64,000 nucleotides of DNA from Eledone cirrhosa (lineage: Eukaryota). Under the pieces are notes generated by a model. That model was not told the origin of the DNA. It was given only the letters and a program-made list of their open reading frames with translations, and did no database searches. Where the stretch lies: assembly GCA_964016885.1 (NCBI GenBank), contig OZ024742.1, positions 87,544,001 to 87,608,000 of the forward strand. Direction: 5' to 3'. This document shows positions 13,320-26,949 of this stretch, in pieces (within the stretch, counting starts at the first letter, position 1; the number at the start of each line of letters is the position of its first letter). The position numbers were made by a program, and so were the translations under genes.

Positions 13320-13322
<3 letters not shown>
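12595..13322. mobile_element. 728-bp element with about 115-bp terminal inverted repeats, inserted in (TA)n; interior resembles an RTE 5' UTR
   Basis: tggtggctgccaactcgttttcgagtac... is mirrored at 13208-13322. The internal ggagaaggaaaactctgat motif is recalled from RTE 5' regions (not verified). Confidence 0.65.
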
Positions 13323-13371
<49 letters not shown>

Positions 13372-13590
13372 ATGTGTGTGGAGGTTATATTTAATTTGTG
13401 CGGATTCCAACCAGAATGGTTGCATTTTTTCTGAGTATGTCAATGTTTATTTATAAAGTAACCTATACTATATTTCATCTGATGAAAGCGAACCATATTT
13501 TGCCTTGGTGGCCCTTGCAATATGTATACGGAAATAAATATGATTTTATAAATATAGTTTCCATTTGTTAATATATTGTATATATATATA

Positions 13591-13722
<132 letters not shown>

Positions 13723-14121
13723 ATACATGTGGAGGGTCATATTTGTGTAATATTGATTGGTTTTCGCTTTTCGCTTCTGTGTCTTTTATATCGGTAATCT
13801 AATTTATTCGATCCTCAATGTTGCCAGTGACTGACCAACGGTCAAAAATAATACAAATACAATATAGACACAAACACATATATATAGTTTATCAAAGTTA
13901 TTTCGTTGCACATCTACAACATGTCAGTGGTGCTATTGTTTCCTCCCGTTGCATTATATTTTCTACGCTATCTTTATTTATAAGTATAACAATATTAGTT
14001 TCGACACATGATTTCATATCAAACAACTCGCAAAACTAACTCATCGCCTTTAAATATATATATATATATATAAAATAAAGTTAAATAAAAGTCAAATGAT
14101 TAAAATTTAGCTTCGTTTATT

Positions 14122-14176
14122 ACTGCTATATATATTTCAGTGACAGCCATCTTTGGCTGTGACCTCTTCAGGCAGT
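14122..14176 (-). ncRNA. Type I hammerhead ribozyme-like motif with intact core (family H)
   Basis: Minus strand: actgc-CTGAAGA-ggtcacagcca-aaga-tggctgtcact-GAAA-tatata-TA-gcagt; perfect 5-bp stem I. Confidence 0.72.
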
Positions 14177-14309
14177 TTGAATTAGTATGGTATAGACAAG
14201 TACATATGTTGTTTAGGTGTATGATATTGTCAATACTCTGATATGCCCAGTTCCTTGTTGGGTTGTTAATTCACTGGGGAACTGGAGTCATATATATATA
14301 TATATATAG

Positions 14310-15153
14310 GTACGTGTAGGACCCCGACGGCTGAGCTCAAAGCGTTGCGACGGCTAATTCTGGACTAAATGAAGATTTTTTATCCTGGTATATGTATAGC
14401 TGAGCTTTTCAGGTGGTATTTCCATATATGATAAAAGTGATTGTCACAAGGATTGGTCAAAAGTTTGTTGTTGAGATAATAATTCTATCATGGCAATTTG
14501 TGGAAGGAAGGGGTAGCTGAACCTGCCAGTAGAAGAAAGCGGGAGAGGGAGTGGAGGAAACCCAGCCGTGCGTTGATAGTGCCAACTACAGCAGGATCCT
14601 AAGGGCAGAAGGTCAAGCAAGTATACTAGAGAGGGGGAGGGGGAGGAAGTCGAAACAACATGTATATCAATATGGAGTAAATATATAGAAGAATACCAAG
14701 AATGTTAAAAATATAATAACATTTATTCTTTCGACTTCCTCTCCCTCTCCCTCCCTAGTATACTTGCTTGACATCCTACCCTTAGGATCCTGCTGTAGAT
14801 GGCACTATCAACGCACGACTATGTTTCCTCCACTCCCTCTCCCCCTTTCTTCCACTGGCAGGTTCAGCTACCCCTTCCTCCCACAAATTGCATGATAGAA
14901 TTATGTGTCTCAACAACAAACCTTTGACCAATCCTTGTGATAATCACTTTTACCATATATGGAATTACCCCCTGAGAAGCTCGGCTATTCATATACCAGG
15001 ATAAAAATGTTCATTTAGTCCAGAATTAGCCGTGGAAACGGCTTGAGCTCAGACGTCGGGATCCTATTCGATCCTATTGCCCACTCTACTACCCTAAGTA
15101 TTGAGTACTTTGGTGCGTTATGGTCCACCTGGTTCATTACCACATTTCCCTCG

Positions 15154-15155
<2 letters not shown>
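14310..15155. repeat. Family B foldback with about 340-bp arms, just upstream of the first CCP exon
   Basis: About 14317-14657 is inverted to about 14730-15066. The right arm has acccc-CTGAGAA...GAAA-cggc..TC-ggg, a degenerate hammerhead. Confidence 0.88.
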
Positions 15156-15224
<69 letters not shown>

Positions 15225-15294
15225 TGGGTATGTGCTTTCCTTCTTCTTTTACATTTTCGTTCAAATATTTTCTACATTTTCAACTGTGATTCAG

Positions 15295-15462
15295 ATTGTA
15301 AATATCCAGGAGAAGTTTCCAATGGACGGCGGGAAGGACAAGACTTCCGGTATCCAGCGAAAGTTACATATTTTTGCAATGAAGGTTTCCAATTGATCGG
15401 CAATGCTGTGCGTGAGTGCCAGATAAATGGACAGTGGTCAGGATCTCTACCACTTTGTAATC
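15295..15462 (+). CDS. Exon encoding one Sushi/CCP domain (DCKYPGEVSNG...CNEGFQLIG...C...GQWSGSLPLC); LEV-9/Hasp-like protein
   Basis: ttcag| acceptor and |gtaagt donor, 168 nt, phase 1-1, four-Cys plus Trp CCP consensus. Confidence 0.92.
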
Positions 15463-16828
15463 GTAAGTGTTTATTTCTTTTATGACTTCGTAATATTTTT
15501 AATGATATTTCTGCCAATCACTACTTAATAAGAGAACGTGCGTCAATTTGAATTGTTAACAATCTCTTTCAATATGCAAATTATACGTTTACCTGATAAA
15601 ACTTCCTACGTTTTATAACGTGTTTAGTGTAAGAAACAAATATGACAAATGCCTGCAAAACAATACCAAACCGCATGTTTCCTGTTATATATATTACCAG
15701 CAAAGAAAGAATATCCAAGAATCCTGCAGAATACCTGAAAACTAAAATTAAGAGACAAAATAACGATGATTCTATATATGTACTAAGCATTCAGTAAACG
15801 ACAAAAATAAATTTAACAATGTCAAATAAAATAAGCATATCTAATAACTTGCTTTAAGTTTCAAACATTCTGAACGAACTTCCCGATAACATATTGAAGA
15901 TTTGAATGAGCGCCCGTATTTTTATATTAATGCATATGTATTGTATAGAAAAAGGATAACGAAATGTTTACTTCGGAGGTGATTATAAAGCTCGCTAACA
16001 TATAAAATGTTGCCGGTCATTTAGGTAAAATCAATTATAAATCTCAGGAATATTGATAATATCATTTTACCATCCACGACTTGCTCTTCAGTATTTGAAG
16101 TGAATAAATATAAGCTATAACATCTACTATCCACGTCAAATATGAAGAACAACATTCTGCCACTCTTCTTCGTTTTTCCAACGATTAGTTTTTGTTGGAA
16201 GTTAATGGTTTTAATGATATCCATGATTACAATATAGACAGGTATTCATGAAATATCCATCTGTGGATGTGACTGTCAAGCACTTAGATAGTGTGTTAAA
16301 TGTAAAATAATTTCAATAATTAGCACACACTATTTTAATAGAAAAAGAGGAATGCTAATATATAGTGCGTTTTACAAATATGAGTACATCATGAATTCGA
16401 TTAGGAATGCACAATTTGTAGTAACCTAATTAATGTCTATCAGAAGTATTATCGCACTATCTATCGTACATATAATTTGTATATGAAAGACACCTAATAA
16501 ATGCATGTTTGTTTTTAAAAGTTCTATATATGTATTAGAGTATGTTAGTAACAAATGCAAGTGTTTTGTGTATTTAATCGAACAAACATTTACTCATGGA
16601 GTACCAATGATACATACATATTTCATGAAAAATTTCAACTTTCGATAAATATAAACTGAACATTCTAAAATGTCCCACACCCATACGTGATAAGAATTGG
16701 TGAGAATTATTATCCCAATCAGAGTTATACTGTAAAGTGAAAACGCATTATTTTTTTTGATAAAGTGGTTTATTTCGGCAAATATCTATAGAAGTTTAAT
16801 GTAATTATTTGTTATATATTATTTTCAG

Positions 16829-17002
16829 CAATCCGATGTGAAGAACTCAGACCCCCGTTGAATGGATTCATTACTGGATCAGGGGAAACGTATAATACTG
16901 TTCTGAGGTTTTCCTGTCCAGAAGGATATAAGCTTGTTGGCTCAGTAGAGCGTCGCTGCATGTCAGACGGGGAATGGAGTGGTCAACCGTCTCGGTGTGA
17001 AG
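16829..17002 (+). CDS. Exon encoding one Sushi/CCP domain (PIRCEELRPPLNG...CPEGYKLVG...CMSDGEWSGQPSRCE)
   Basis: ttttcag| acceptor and |gtaaat donor, 174 nt, phase 1-1, CCP consensus, in frame with the previous exon. Confidence 0.92.
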
Positions 17003-17045
17003 GTAAATATTGTTGCCATTATCATTATTATTATTATTATTATTA

Positions 17046-17093
17046 CTGTCCTTAATGTCTACTTTATGTAAACCCTTGTGGTTAATAAAGAAA

Positions 17094-17131
<38 letters not shown>

Positions 17132-17150
17132 GTTATTATTATTATTATTA
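17046..17150 (+). mobile_element. Extreme 3' tail of a Tx1-like LINE within (TTA)n
   Basis: ctgtccttaatgtctact..gtaaacccttgtggtta matches 19439-19477. Confidence 0.7.
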
Positions 17151-17154
17151 TTAT

Positions 17155-18234
17155 TGTACTTTGAGTCTCAGTCATTGATGTTATTTAACTAGAAAGTTTA
17201 TTGAAATGAATATCAAGCCACTATCTGCAGCCTCAGATATTCAGGAAGTATCGGAGGGTTCTTGCTGTTCCCAGCAAGCATGCCTTTTTAAAGTGTTCCA
17301 AAAAGCGCGGCGGGACCAATTTTCGTTAACCATCCTTGGAAACTCTTTGAGATAGAACCTAGTGCGCCTATGACAATCGGGACCACTTTGACCTCATGGC
17401 AGTTCCAAATCTTTTTACCTCCCACTTGTAAGTCCTGGTATCGGTTAATTTTCTCCCTCTCCTTCTCCTGCACTCTCTTGTCGAATGGGCAGACAATATC
17501 CACAATCAGGCACGATCTTTTTCCCTTGTCCAAAACCAACAGGTCAGGTCTATTGTGTTCCAGTTTCTTGTCCGTCTGTATCTTAAAATCCCACAGCACC
17601 TTCACCTGATCGTTTTGCATCACCGACTCTGGTTAAGCTCATACCAAATTGATTACTTTGCATAGGTGCCAGTGGATCACCTTGCGCATCACATCATGTC
17701 TCCAGCCATTATAGTGAGTATGGACTAGGTGTTTACACTCGGATACAATGTGAGCCACAGTCTCCTCTCCCTATACAAATCCTACAGAGTGGGTTAGCCT
17801 CCTCCTTGAAAATATGTTGTTTCAGAGTCTTCCTTTTGAGGGCCTGCTCTTGCGCAGCCATTAGCATTCCTTCTGTAGCATTTTTAAGGTGTCCTCTGTT
17901 CAACCAGTTCCATGTCTGTGGATCTCTAAATTCAGTTTTCTCAAAGAAGGCATTATGAAGGGATTTTTCATGAAGGTTGCTCTTTCTCCTTGTGGTTATT
18001 TCCTCCTTAGACATACCCTGGTCTATTGTCCTCTCCTTCAGTACAATTCTGAGCATTGGCTCACTACTATCAGTCACGTATTCGTGTAGGTTGTTTTCCT
18101 CCATCCGAACACAGTCCTCTATGATGATAAGAACTCTTCCACCTTCAAATATCCTTAACTAGAGTCTATCTACATCACTCCTTTTGTGGAACATGTTGTA
18201 GATAGACAATAGCTTCCTAGTGTTCCTATCCATT

Positions 18235-18236
<2 letters not shown>
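17155..18236 (-). mobile_element. R4/Dong-like LINE 3' fragment (restriction-like endonuclease)
   Basis: TEGMLMAAQEQAL, CRIC knuckle, KVLWDFKIQTD..HNRPDL..IVDI, VVPIVIGALG; bounded by (TAA)n on both sides. Confidence 0.88.
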
Positions 18237-18278
<42 letters not shown>

Positions 18279-18279
18279 T

Positions 18280-19488
18280 TGCTCTTTCGCTTTTTGTAGT
18301 AGGGACACGCTCCGATTGTCAGGCAGTCCATCTGCTGTCAACACCCGCTACGTGGAGGGTTGGGCATGGCGTGGCTGATGATGCGCTGACACGCGCTCAG
18401 GCTACGACATCTCCACCTCTTCCTCGACGGTGCTCAGGTGTGGTCGATGTTTGCTAGACGCGTCTTTCCCCAGCTCGTCTCCTTGACGGAGGTGCAGTCC
18501 TAGGTGAAGCGAAGACCGAGAGGGAGCGCTTGGAGACTGAAATGTCTTCATGGCGCTCACAGCCCAAGACCAATCGGGCAATGTGATCGGTGGGGACTGC
18601 ACCTTGGCGTTATATAGAGGATTAGTGGAGTGGAAGAGCGACGACGTACTTGGGGAAACTCTAGGCGTCGACGAAAATCAACTAGCCAATCTATTCGGAA
18701 GAACTTTCGGGCCGGAGCCTATAGACAACTTCCAGAAATCTCTGGCCTGGCAGTGCTACCGATGATCTTTGCCAATTCGGGATAAACTGTACAGGCATGG
18801 AGGTGCCGTCAGTCGAGCATGTCCGAGATGCGCGCAGGGCGACGAAACCGTCAAGCACGTACTCTCCAGTGTCCGAGCATTGCTGACTTGTGGGTGTATG
18901 TCGAAAACCTGCTGTCGCGTGTAGGACGGATCCAGCTATCAGCTGAGTCCTTCGTGAGGATTACCCCGCCCTCTTCCTTTAGCCGGGAAGGGCAGGCAGT
19001 TTTTATGTGTCTGGTGTCCATGGAAAAAGAGATAGTATGGTGGACGCGTTTGAAAGGGCTGAAGACGAGCACTTACCTCTTCGGTGATGCCCTGATTAAC
19101 TTTTTCAAATTTCATTTGAAAAGGAAAATCAGGGTAGAGAGGGAAGTGCTCTCAACCCAGCATTTTGTTGAAAGATGTGTGAGAGAGGCAAGATTGGCCC
19201 GAGTGAATGGGCCTACTCTGAGTATATGTCTGTAAATTATAGGTGGGAAACTGGGAGAGGATACTTGCCCTGGTGGTCAGGGTCACAGTGGCTTTTTAAT
19301 GGGCTTTCTCCACGAATGTCCCTTAGACGTCTCCCCCGTATTGGGGAATTATTTTTCATTGTTCTATTATTACATCCTCTGTTTTTTGTTTGTTTACACG
19401 AATAAATGCCCTTTTGTACCGTCTTGTATTGTCCTGTACTGTCCTTAATGTCTACTCTGTGTAAACCCTTGTGGTTATTAAATAAAGG

Positions 19489-19518
<30 letters not shown>
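18280..19518 (+). mobile_element. Tx1/L1-clade LINE 3' fragment
   Basis: GGLG motif, LPIRDKLYRHG..CPRC..ETVKHVL zinc knuckle, 3' UTR ending in (ATT)n; contains stops and frameshifts. Confidence 0.75.
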
Positions 19519-19519
<1 letters not shown>

Positions 19520-19591
19520 GTTTCGTTTTAATACACCTATGGCGGCAACTCTACGTTTAGGTATATATATATACGAAGTAATTATGAATCA

Positions 19592-19623
<32 letters not shown>

Positions 19624-19647
19624 CTGAGTGTGCGTGTTTGTGTACAC

Positions 19648-19683
<36 letters not shown>

Positions 19684-22600
19684 GTGTTCCACTGTGAGCG
19701 TGTGATATAATATACGTGATTGTTTTTGTTTGTGTATGTGTATGTATGTGCAGAGCAGTTGCTGAAATGATAGTACCTAGTTATTCGTTCTGCCTTCCAC
19801 ATCTGAATGTATTTTAAACTAGGCATGTTTTACTGAAGGTAATTAACGAATAATAACATGCCAATTAGAGCAATGGAAATACCATCTGTGCAAACGGCAT
19901 AAGATTAAACAGGAATCAAATATATACCACACAAAGCACATGCAGACACACGTGAACACACACGAACACACACATACTCCATAACAGCTATACCCCGTAT
20001 ATATATATATATATATATATATGCTTCTGTGTATGTGAGTATGTGCGTGCGTGTGTGTGTGTATGTGTGTATTGTGTGTGCATCGTGTATAACACCGCGA
20101 ACTTTCGAAACGAAGTGTGAAGTAATTATGAATCAAATGGGAAATTTTGAATTTTCAGAGTGGAAAATATCTTTTAATTCATCCGATTGCTTAAACCAAT
20201 GCCAAGCCTATATTATGCTGTTATAATTTATATTTTGATTTAGAGGGATCGTATAATTTAATCGTTAGAGCAGCCAGAAAATATATGCAGAATATGCAGT
20301 TCGATTTCCCGTTTTGGAAGCTGTCCTATTTTTATAAATCATAGGGGAGTATTTTCCCAATGTTCTAAACTATCATCTATGATAAACAATCATGTTTGCA
20401 ATTATTTTTACGACTGAGTTTCTTATACGTTATATGAGATTCATAATTCCTTAATGCTGCGTTTCGAAAGATAGATATTTTACATAATTGATTTCAGATG
20501 TCATTTGTTTGAATTGTTAGAGCATTCAGCGGCTATCAAAATCGATATTGGTGTGATTTGAACTCAGAATGTAGGGAATGGCAAATATAATATTGCATAC
20601 TTTAAATATTAATATACATGTAAGGATATATGTCCACCTCTCAAATTCGGCTGAAGTCATTTTTCCATTCATCACACAAGCTTCGTTGAAGCAAAGTGTA
20701 GTGAACTGGGTCGATTTAAACCACAAATAAATTGCTGGCCCTGTCCATTAATTTAAACAATTATCATAAGTATGCCTATTAATAACATTTTTGTGTTTTG
20801 TATTTCTTGCTAGAATTACTTCTGCCGCTATCAACAATATTTTAATATTTGCATTTTCTCTTATTTATTATTATTATTATTTTTTTTTTTTTTAATATTC
20901 AATTCTCTTTGCGTTAAGGAAATTGTCGCTTTGAGAATTATTAATCTCTTTTGACAAAGCGATTTGTATTGGTGTGAGAATAAGAAGAAAAATAAGAATT
21001 GAATATCTGCATTTTAACTTCATGATATAAAAGCTCTTCTGAAAAATAATGATGTACTCTGCATGTTTCAACATCAATTAATATCAAATAATCTTCTATG
21101 CGTTAACACTTCATGTATTTTCGTTATTCTATTGTCAGTTTTACATACATGAAATACATAGGGGATCATAAATCCACTGTATTTCTAAGCAATTAAATTA
21201 TGAATGACATGCATTAACGTGACAATGTTCCCGACCAAGAAATAATCTTTGGGGTAATATGTTGTTCATTTATACTGATTCTTACAAATATTTTTCTGAA
21301 ATAGAATTCATACGTACATCAATTAATATATATATATATATATACAAAATTAAGAGAAAATTGAATGAATTTAATCCAAATCAAAATTATGGGTGACGTG
21401 CCATAACGGCGTGCGCCATATCGCCCGGAAGATAAGCTCAAAGATTCCGAGCATTTTATAATAACTAGAAACTGATTAACATATATATAAACATGAATAA
21501 TCACAGGAGATAACTTTTACAAGCGTGTAACCACACATAGCTAGGTAGGTAACAAAATAAAGTTGACTAGAACTTCAAAAATAGATACCCTTTAATATGA
21601 TTAATCTTCCCTGTATATATTCCATTAAAGAAACATATTTCACCAATTAATCAGATGGTAAATCACGGAAGTGGATATTTTTGGATTATCAACAAGGAAG
21701 AAACATTTCCAGCAATCCATGTTTACACAACGAGTTCAAGTCTGCAACTGGCTGCTATCACGTGTTGTGTTTACACATCACAGCAGCTTCGTTCCAGTGA
21801 CGTGAATAAGTATTCGACAACTAGAAACAGCAGTCGATTCCTTTCAACAGAGTTAGCTCTAAAATTACACATTTACACTCACGTATCTTTACATATATCT
21901 TAATTAATAAAATAGCCTTAATCATTTATTATTAAAAATGTTAAAGCGTTTTTCATTCACAGAAAGAGCTAGAAAAGTGAAGTTATTTAAACATAGTGGG
22001 CCAATGCTAACCAGTCTTTCCACGTCGAAAACTTTCATATATCACTAGTAGTTTGAAGTTAGAACAAAACCTAATTATATTCGAACGAAAGCTGGAAGAA
22101 GGAGAACTGATATGAATTTGTAAATAGAAAATGAAAGTCATAAATTATCGACCCTGTCGGCAAATATCTTGCTAGTTGAATTCTAGGTGTACGTGTGGAA
22201 ATTAAAGTTCATATAACTTATACACGGTTTGCAGTAATTGACAGATCATAGACAACCGCATCTATTTGAGTTTGCGCTTAGATTCCATCCTGAATGTAAA
22301 ATTTGATATCACCAGACATTTATTAAGAAATATGGGTAGGTAAAGTAGCCTTTCCTTTACTTATTTTTACATTATGCTCCCAAATACTACCATGTTTGAA
22401 TAACAAATTAGATAGTATCTGCTAGGATTCATTGAATTACTTAACCCAAATGTTTTACAATATTCTTCACAACACCAACTCAGAAATATTCTATAGTTTT
22501 CTTGACTAAGACTACCGTACTATTACGTTAATTGGCCAAAGATAATTTCATGTGTTCTGTCTTGAATCGGTGCTGTCTTTCAGCATGCATTATTAATGCG

Positions 22601-25600
22601 TCTCGATCAAAACTACGTGTCTGTATTCCATGCAGTACTCCTTAAATACCGTTTGGCGTAACTATGTTTTATGGAAAATACTGAACAAACGCATGTTATA
22701 AAGCTTTTTGTGTAAGTTGCAAATACTGATTTCAAATGCTGATTAATGCTGATTAAAGCTGATTACAAACAACACAAACTGTATTCATCTTCATTACTAA
22801 CCCTTCAAGGAATAGGGGCCAAAATGACCGCTAGTTACATTTAATTTGTTGAACAGAAAAACAATCGCGATATGATATTCCTAGTTATATATATATTTGA
22901 CGTAATATTGGATGGTCACGCCTGAAAGACATTTTGATGTTAAATATGAATGACTAGAAAATATACATATCGGCTCACGAAAAGAATTGCTTCTCATTGG
23001 TATATGTAATTATTGATATACACTAAACGACCCAGTGTAATCTGTTTTCCTTGATTCATTGATAACAAACCAATCTAATTAAGCTTTATAAACTCAGGCG
23101 AAAATTATATTCGCATACCCCCAATACTATCATACAATAAAAATAAATATTTCCGTAAAAGAACAAGACTATTATGTTAAATATATTTTTCGTTGAGGAA
23201 AACTATTAATGACATATATATATTTTCGACGATATGTTGATATAGATATTATCGTTCATATCACATAACATGATATCCATAATGAGGTAAACAGGTTAGA
23301 TAAATATACACATTAGACATATTATTCTTATGATCGATAATTTCATGAATCATCTCAGAATAGACTATACATCCTGGTCAAAAACGTAGTGGAGCAACAC
23401 AATGATATTTGTAATCCAGATGCAGTTTAATAAAAACAAAATATTTGAACAAAAATATTAACTCATACAATTTATTGATTAATATTTGATGCAATTTACT
23501 CATCAAATTAATCTTAACTGGCATAATTAAATCTTCTGAAAAATATATTGCATATAATAAGTAGATGAGCATCGTATAAAGAACAATACACTGTTATCTG
23601 CATTAGTAATGTTACTAGCTATTTAAGTAGATTTCTGCAGACGCGAAAGGAAGTTGTTCAAAATATTTTTGATAAAAAAGATCATGCTTCAGAGAAAAGC
23701 AGTATTTTTTGTGTTTTGTTTTTTTGTGTGCGCGCGTGTGTGTGTGTGTGTTTATGTGAGAGCACAAATGATTAAGTAAACACATATTTGCTCTGAATAT
23801 CTACAGAGAACACCGACTTGATAAGATTTCCCTAGGCTACATTATCAAAATTTAAATGTAATTCGGTTAGCTTATCCTGGCGGTGCGTGGTTATTTTCAA
23901 TATACATATTCATCAACACAGCTTCATTACACAATTTTATTACAAAAAAATTGGCAGCACGAAAAGTGATTCCATAACTGTAAGATGTCTGCTCAATTCG
24001 TTCGTTATAAACTAAATTTGTCGAATGATCAACAAATTAAATAACTAATTGGTTATATATATATATATATATATATATAGTAATACTAATAAATGTCAAT
24101 ACTAAAATCCAAAGAGGGCTCGATAAGGATAAATATATATCAAATATATAAGAACCCTAGATATATAAATATATAAGTGTGTCTCCGTGTCTGTGTTTGT
24201 GTTTGTTTGAGTATGTGTGTGCCTGTGTGTTCGAATATTTAGATAAACATACATGGTGGATGATCTCACAACATTATATACGTCGCATTTGTAGTTGTGT
24301 GCTATTTCCTCATGGTTATATTGAACATAGTGAGAATGTTAACTATCAAGGCACCGTGTTGTTCAGCATGTCATTGTTCTTGATATATCAAACGGTTGTG
24401 TTTAACGGTTAGACAGGGGCAAATATATTTATGTATCGTTGAATGGAATATGACAGTAATAACGAGACTGATGTCACGAATTTCCACCGTTATACATTGG
24501 ATGTTACACATATAGCAGAGGCGTTGGTGATTCAAGAAATCAGGATGTTTTACAAAATAGTGTTTAGCGACTATGTAACCATAGAATCTTACGAAAAGTT
24601 ATATTGTCTAAAATTACGAATTTCAATAATTTGCAAGAAGCTATTTTATAATTTGCGTAGAATTATACAGTCAGATAAAATGTTACGCGTAATATATTTT
24701 GCATATGTCAAATTCTAGAATTTAAAGAACAGATACATAGATTACCATCCACAATCTTATCCGATTAGATTTCTTTATTACCGCATATTTACATGTTTGC
24801 ATGGTGGTTCTGAAATATATTTTGATAGAATAATTTTTTGATATAATCTATATATTCTGAAGAATAATTGTCTCAAAATAATTTCAGTAACTGGGAAAAT
24901 GAGTTAGTATGTGCAAGAGAGAAGTGTCCATTACATATTAATATATACCTGTATGTCGTTGTGAGTGTGCGATCGTGTGGGTGAATACATATGTTTGTTT
25001 GGACGTATGTATGATGTTAGATAGGAAGGTATGCACATCGTATGACACTAACTTGGATTGTAATTCAATACATAATTATAATTTCTTCCAGGATGTTCAT
25101 TATTTCAAATCAAATAAACACGTATCACAATATAGTCTATTGTATATTATTCATTTTTAATTGTCAGATGATTAAATGTTATATAATATTCTCAAAATGC
25201 GATATGTGTTTTGTTTTAACATTTGCAATTTTTCCAATCACATGAAGTAAACACAAAAGCGATTGAAGTTAAAATACTTCGGGGTAAATACAAATTGATA
25301 AATGTAATTAACTACTGCCTACGTTTTCAGCCTTCTTCTCTGAAATGATTGATTTACAATTAAATTTAGATCATTAATCATTATTTATTATTCCTGGCCA
25401 CGAGTCGATATATATATATTAATACAGATAACAATATAATCATAAAACTTTCACCAATGTCTGAAATATTACTCTGTTGATCATAATTGAACTTGTTATA
25501 TTACATTTGTTTCATGTATATTATCACAATGCAAATATTATATGTATGTGGATGTAGCACTCGAGGAAGAAATTGTTTTAAAGAGTCTCCTCAAATGAAT

Positions 25601-25863
25601 AACGTATTATATGTGTACTCTCTTTTACTTCAGTATCTACGAATGATCCTAAAACGCCCCAAGGTTAGTGTAGTTCTAAATATACCTACGCTATAAGGTT
25701 GTCCAGCATTGTAGGTAGATCTGTCTTTGCTTCACATGGTTGCTTCTCCCGGCACCTCTGGTCCTGCTTGTCTATATGGATCTGCAGACAATCATTTATC
25801 TACTTATTCTTTCTTTATATACTTGTTTTCTTTTTCCCTTTCCTTTTTCCATTTCAGTATTTG

Positions 25864-25917
<54 letters not shown>

Positions 25918-26714
25918 TTTATTTATTAATGTGTTTGTTTGTTTCAGTTGCATAATCTGTATCACTATTTTTACATGTGCAAACCTTCACTCTATCTTGC
26001 TAAACTATTTATACATTTATTTGTATGTGTATATGTATGTATATTCTGCAAGAAAATATATGCCGTCTGCTTTTCTGTGACACCTATTTATTTGTTGTCG
26101 TTTGGGTATTTTTTTCTCTTTACATGTTTTGTGTTGTTGTTTTTTTCTCTGTGATTCATATATTTTCACCAATTTCATGTATATTATTTCCGATAATATA
26201 AAATAATCAATACTGCATTACAAATAAAAATACACCTATTCTCAATATATATCGGTGAAGAAAAGAAGAAATGAAAATCAAATAATCATATACAATATTC
26301 TTATACAACTACATATTAATTTCTATAATCATTGTAGATACTTTTTAAAAAAAAGTTACTATATATTAATTGAAAATAATCTTGAAATACCTTTGAGGTA
26401 CGTATCTGTCTCTCACAGGCTAAACATAAATATTTTTGAAACAGCAGAAAAGAACATAGAAACCGAGAAAAAATTAATGATTATGTATTTTTCACTGTGG
26501 CAGCTCTCTCAACTGCCATGAAGTTGCTTTACTTTGGATTGAGGAAATGCAATCGTATCAAAATGAATTACAACTAAATGAAATGGAGAGAATAGACGAA
26601 AAGAAAAAAAAAAACATCTTTTCAAAATATAATCGAAATCATACACGTTTGTAAATCCATTGACGCGCAAAATTTCGTGCATACACACACACACACACAC
26701 AAACATCGACGATG

Positions 26715-26796
<82 letters not shown>

Positions 26797-26949
26797 TATG
26801 TATATAAAATCTGTTTTTAGAATTTACTTCAGTCTTCACGATCAGATTTATTCTTCTGTATTATTTTTTCCGTATTATCTCTTTCATTTGCTTATACAGT
26901 GTTTATACATTAGACCATAAAGTCACATAGAAACTTGACGTATTCATGT

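Noticed and set aside
22795-22840. piggyBac-like terminus (taacccttc...)
   Set aside because: No TTAA target site and no matching second terminus or transposase found.
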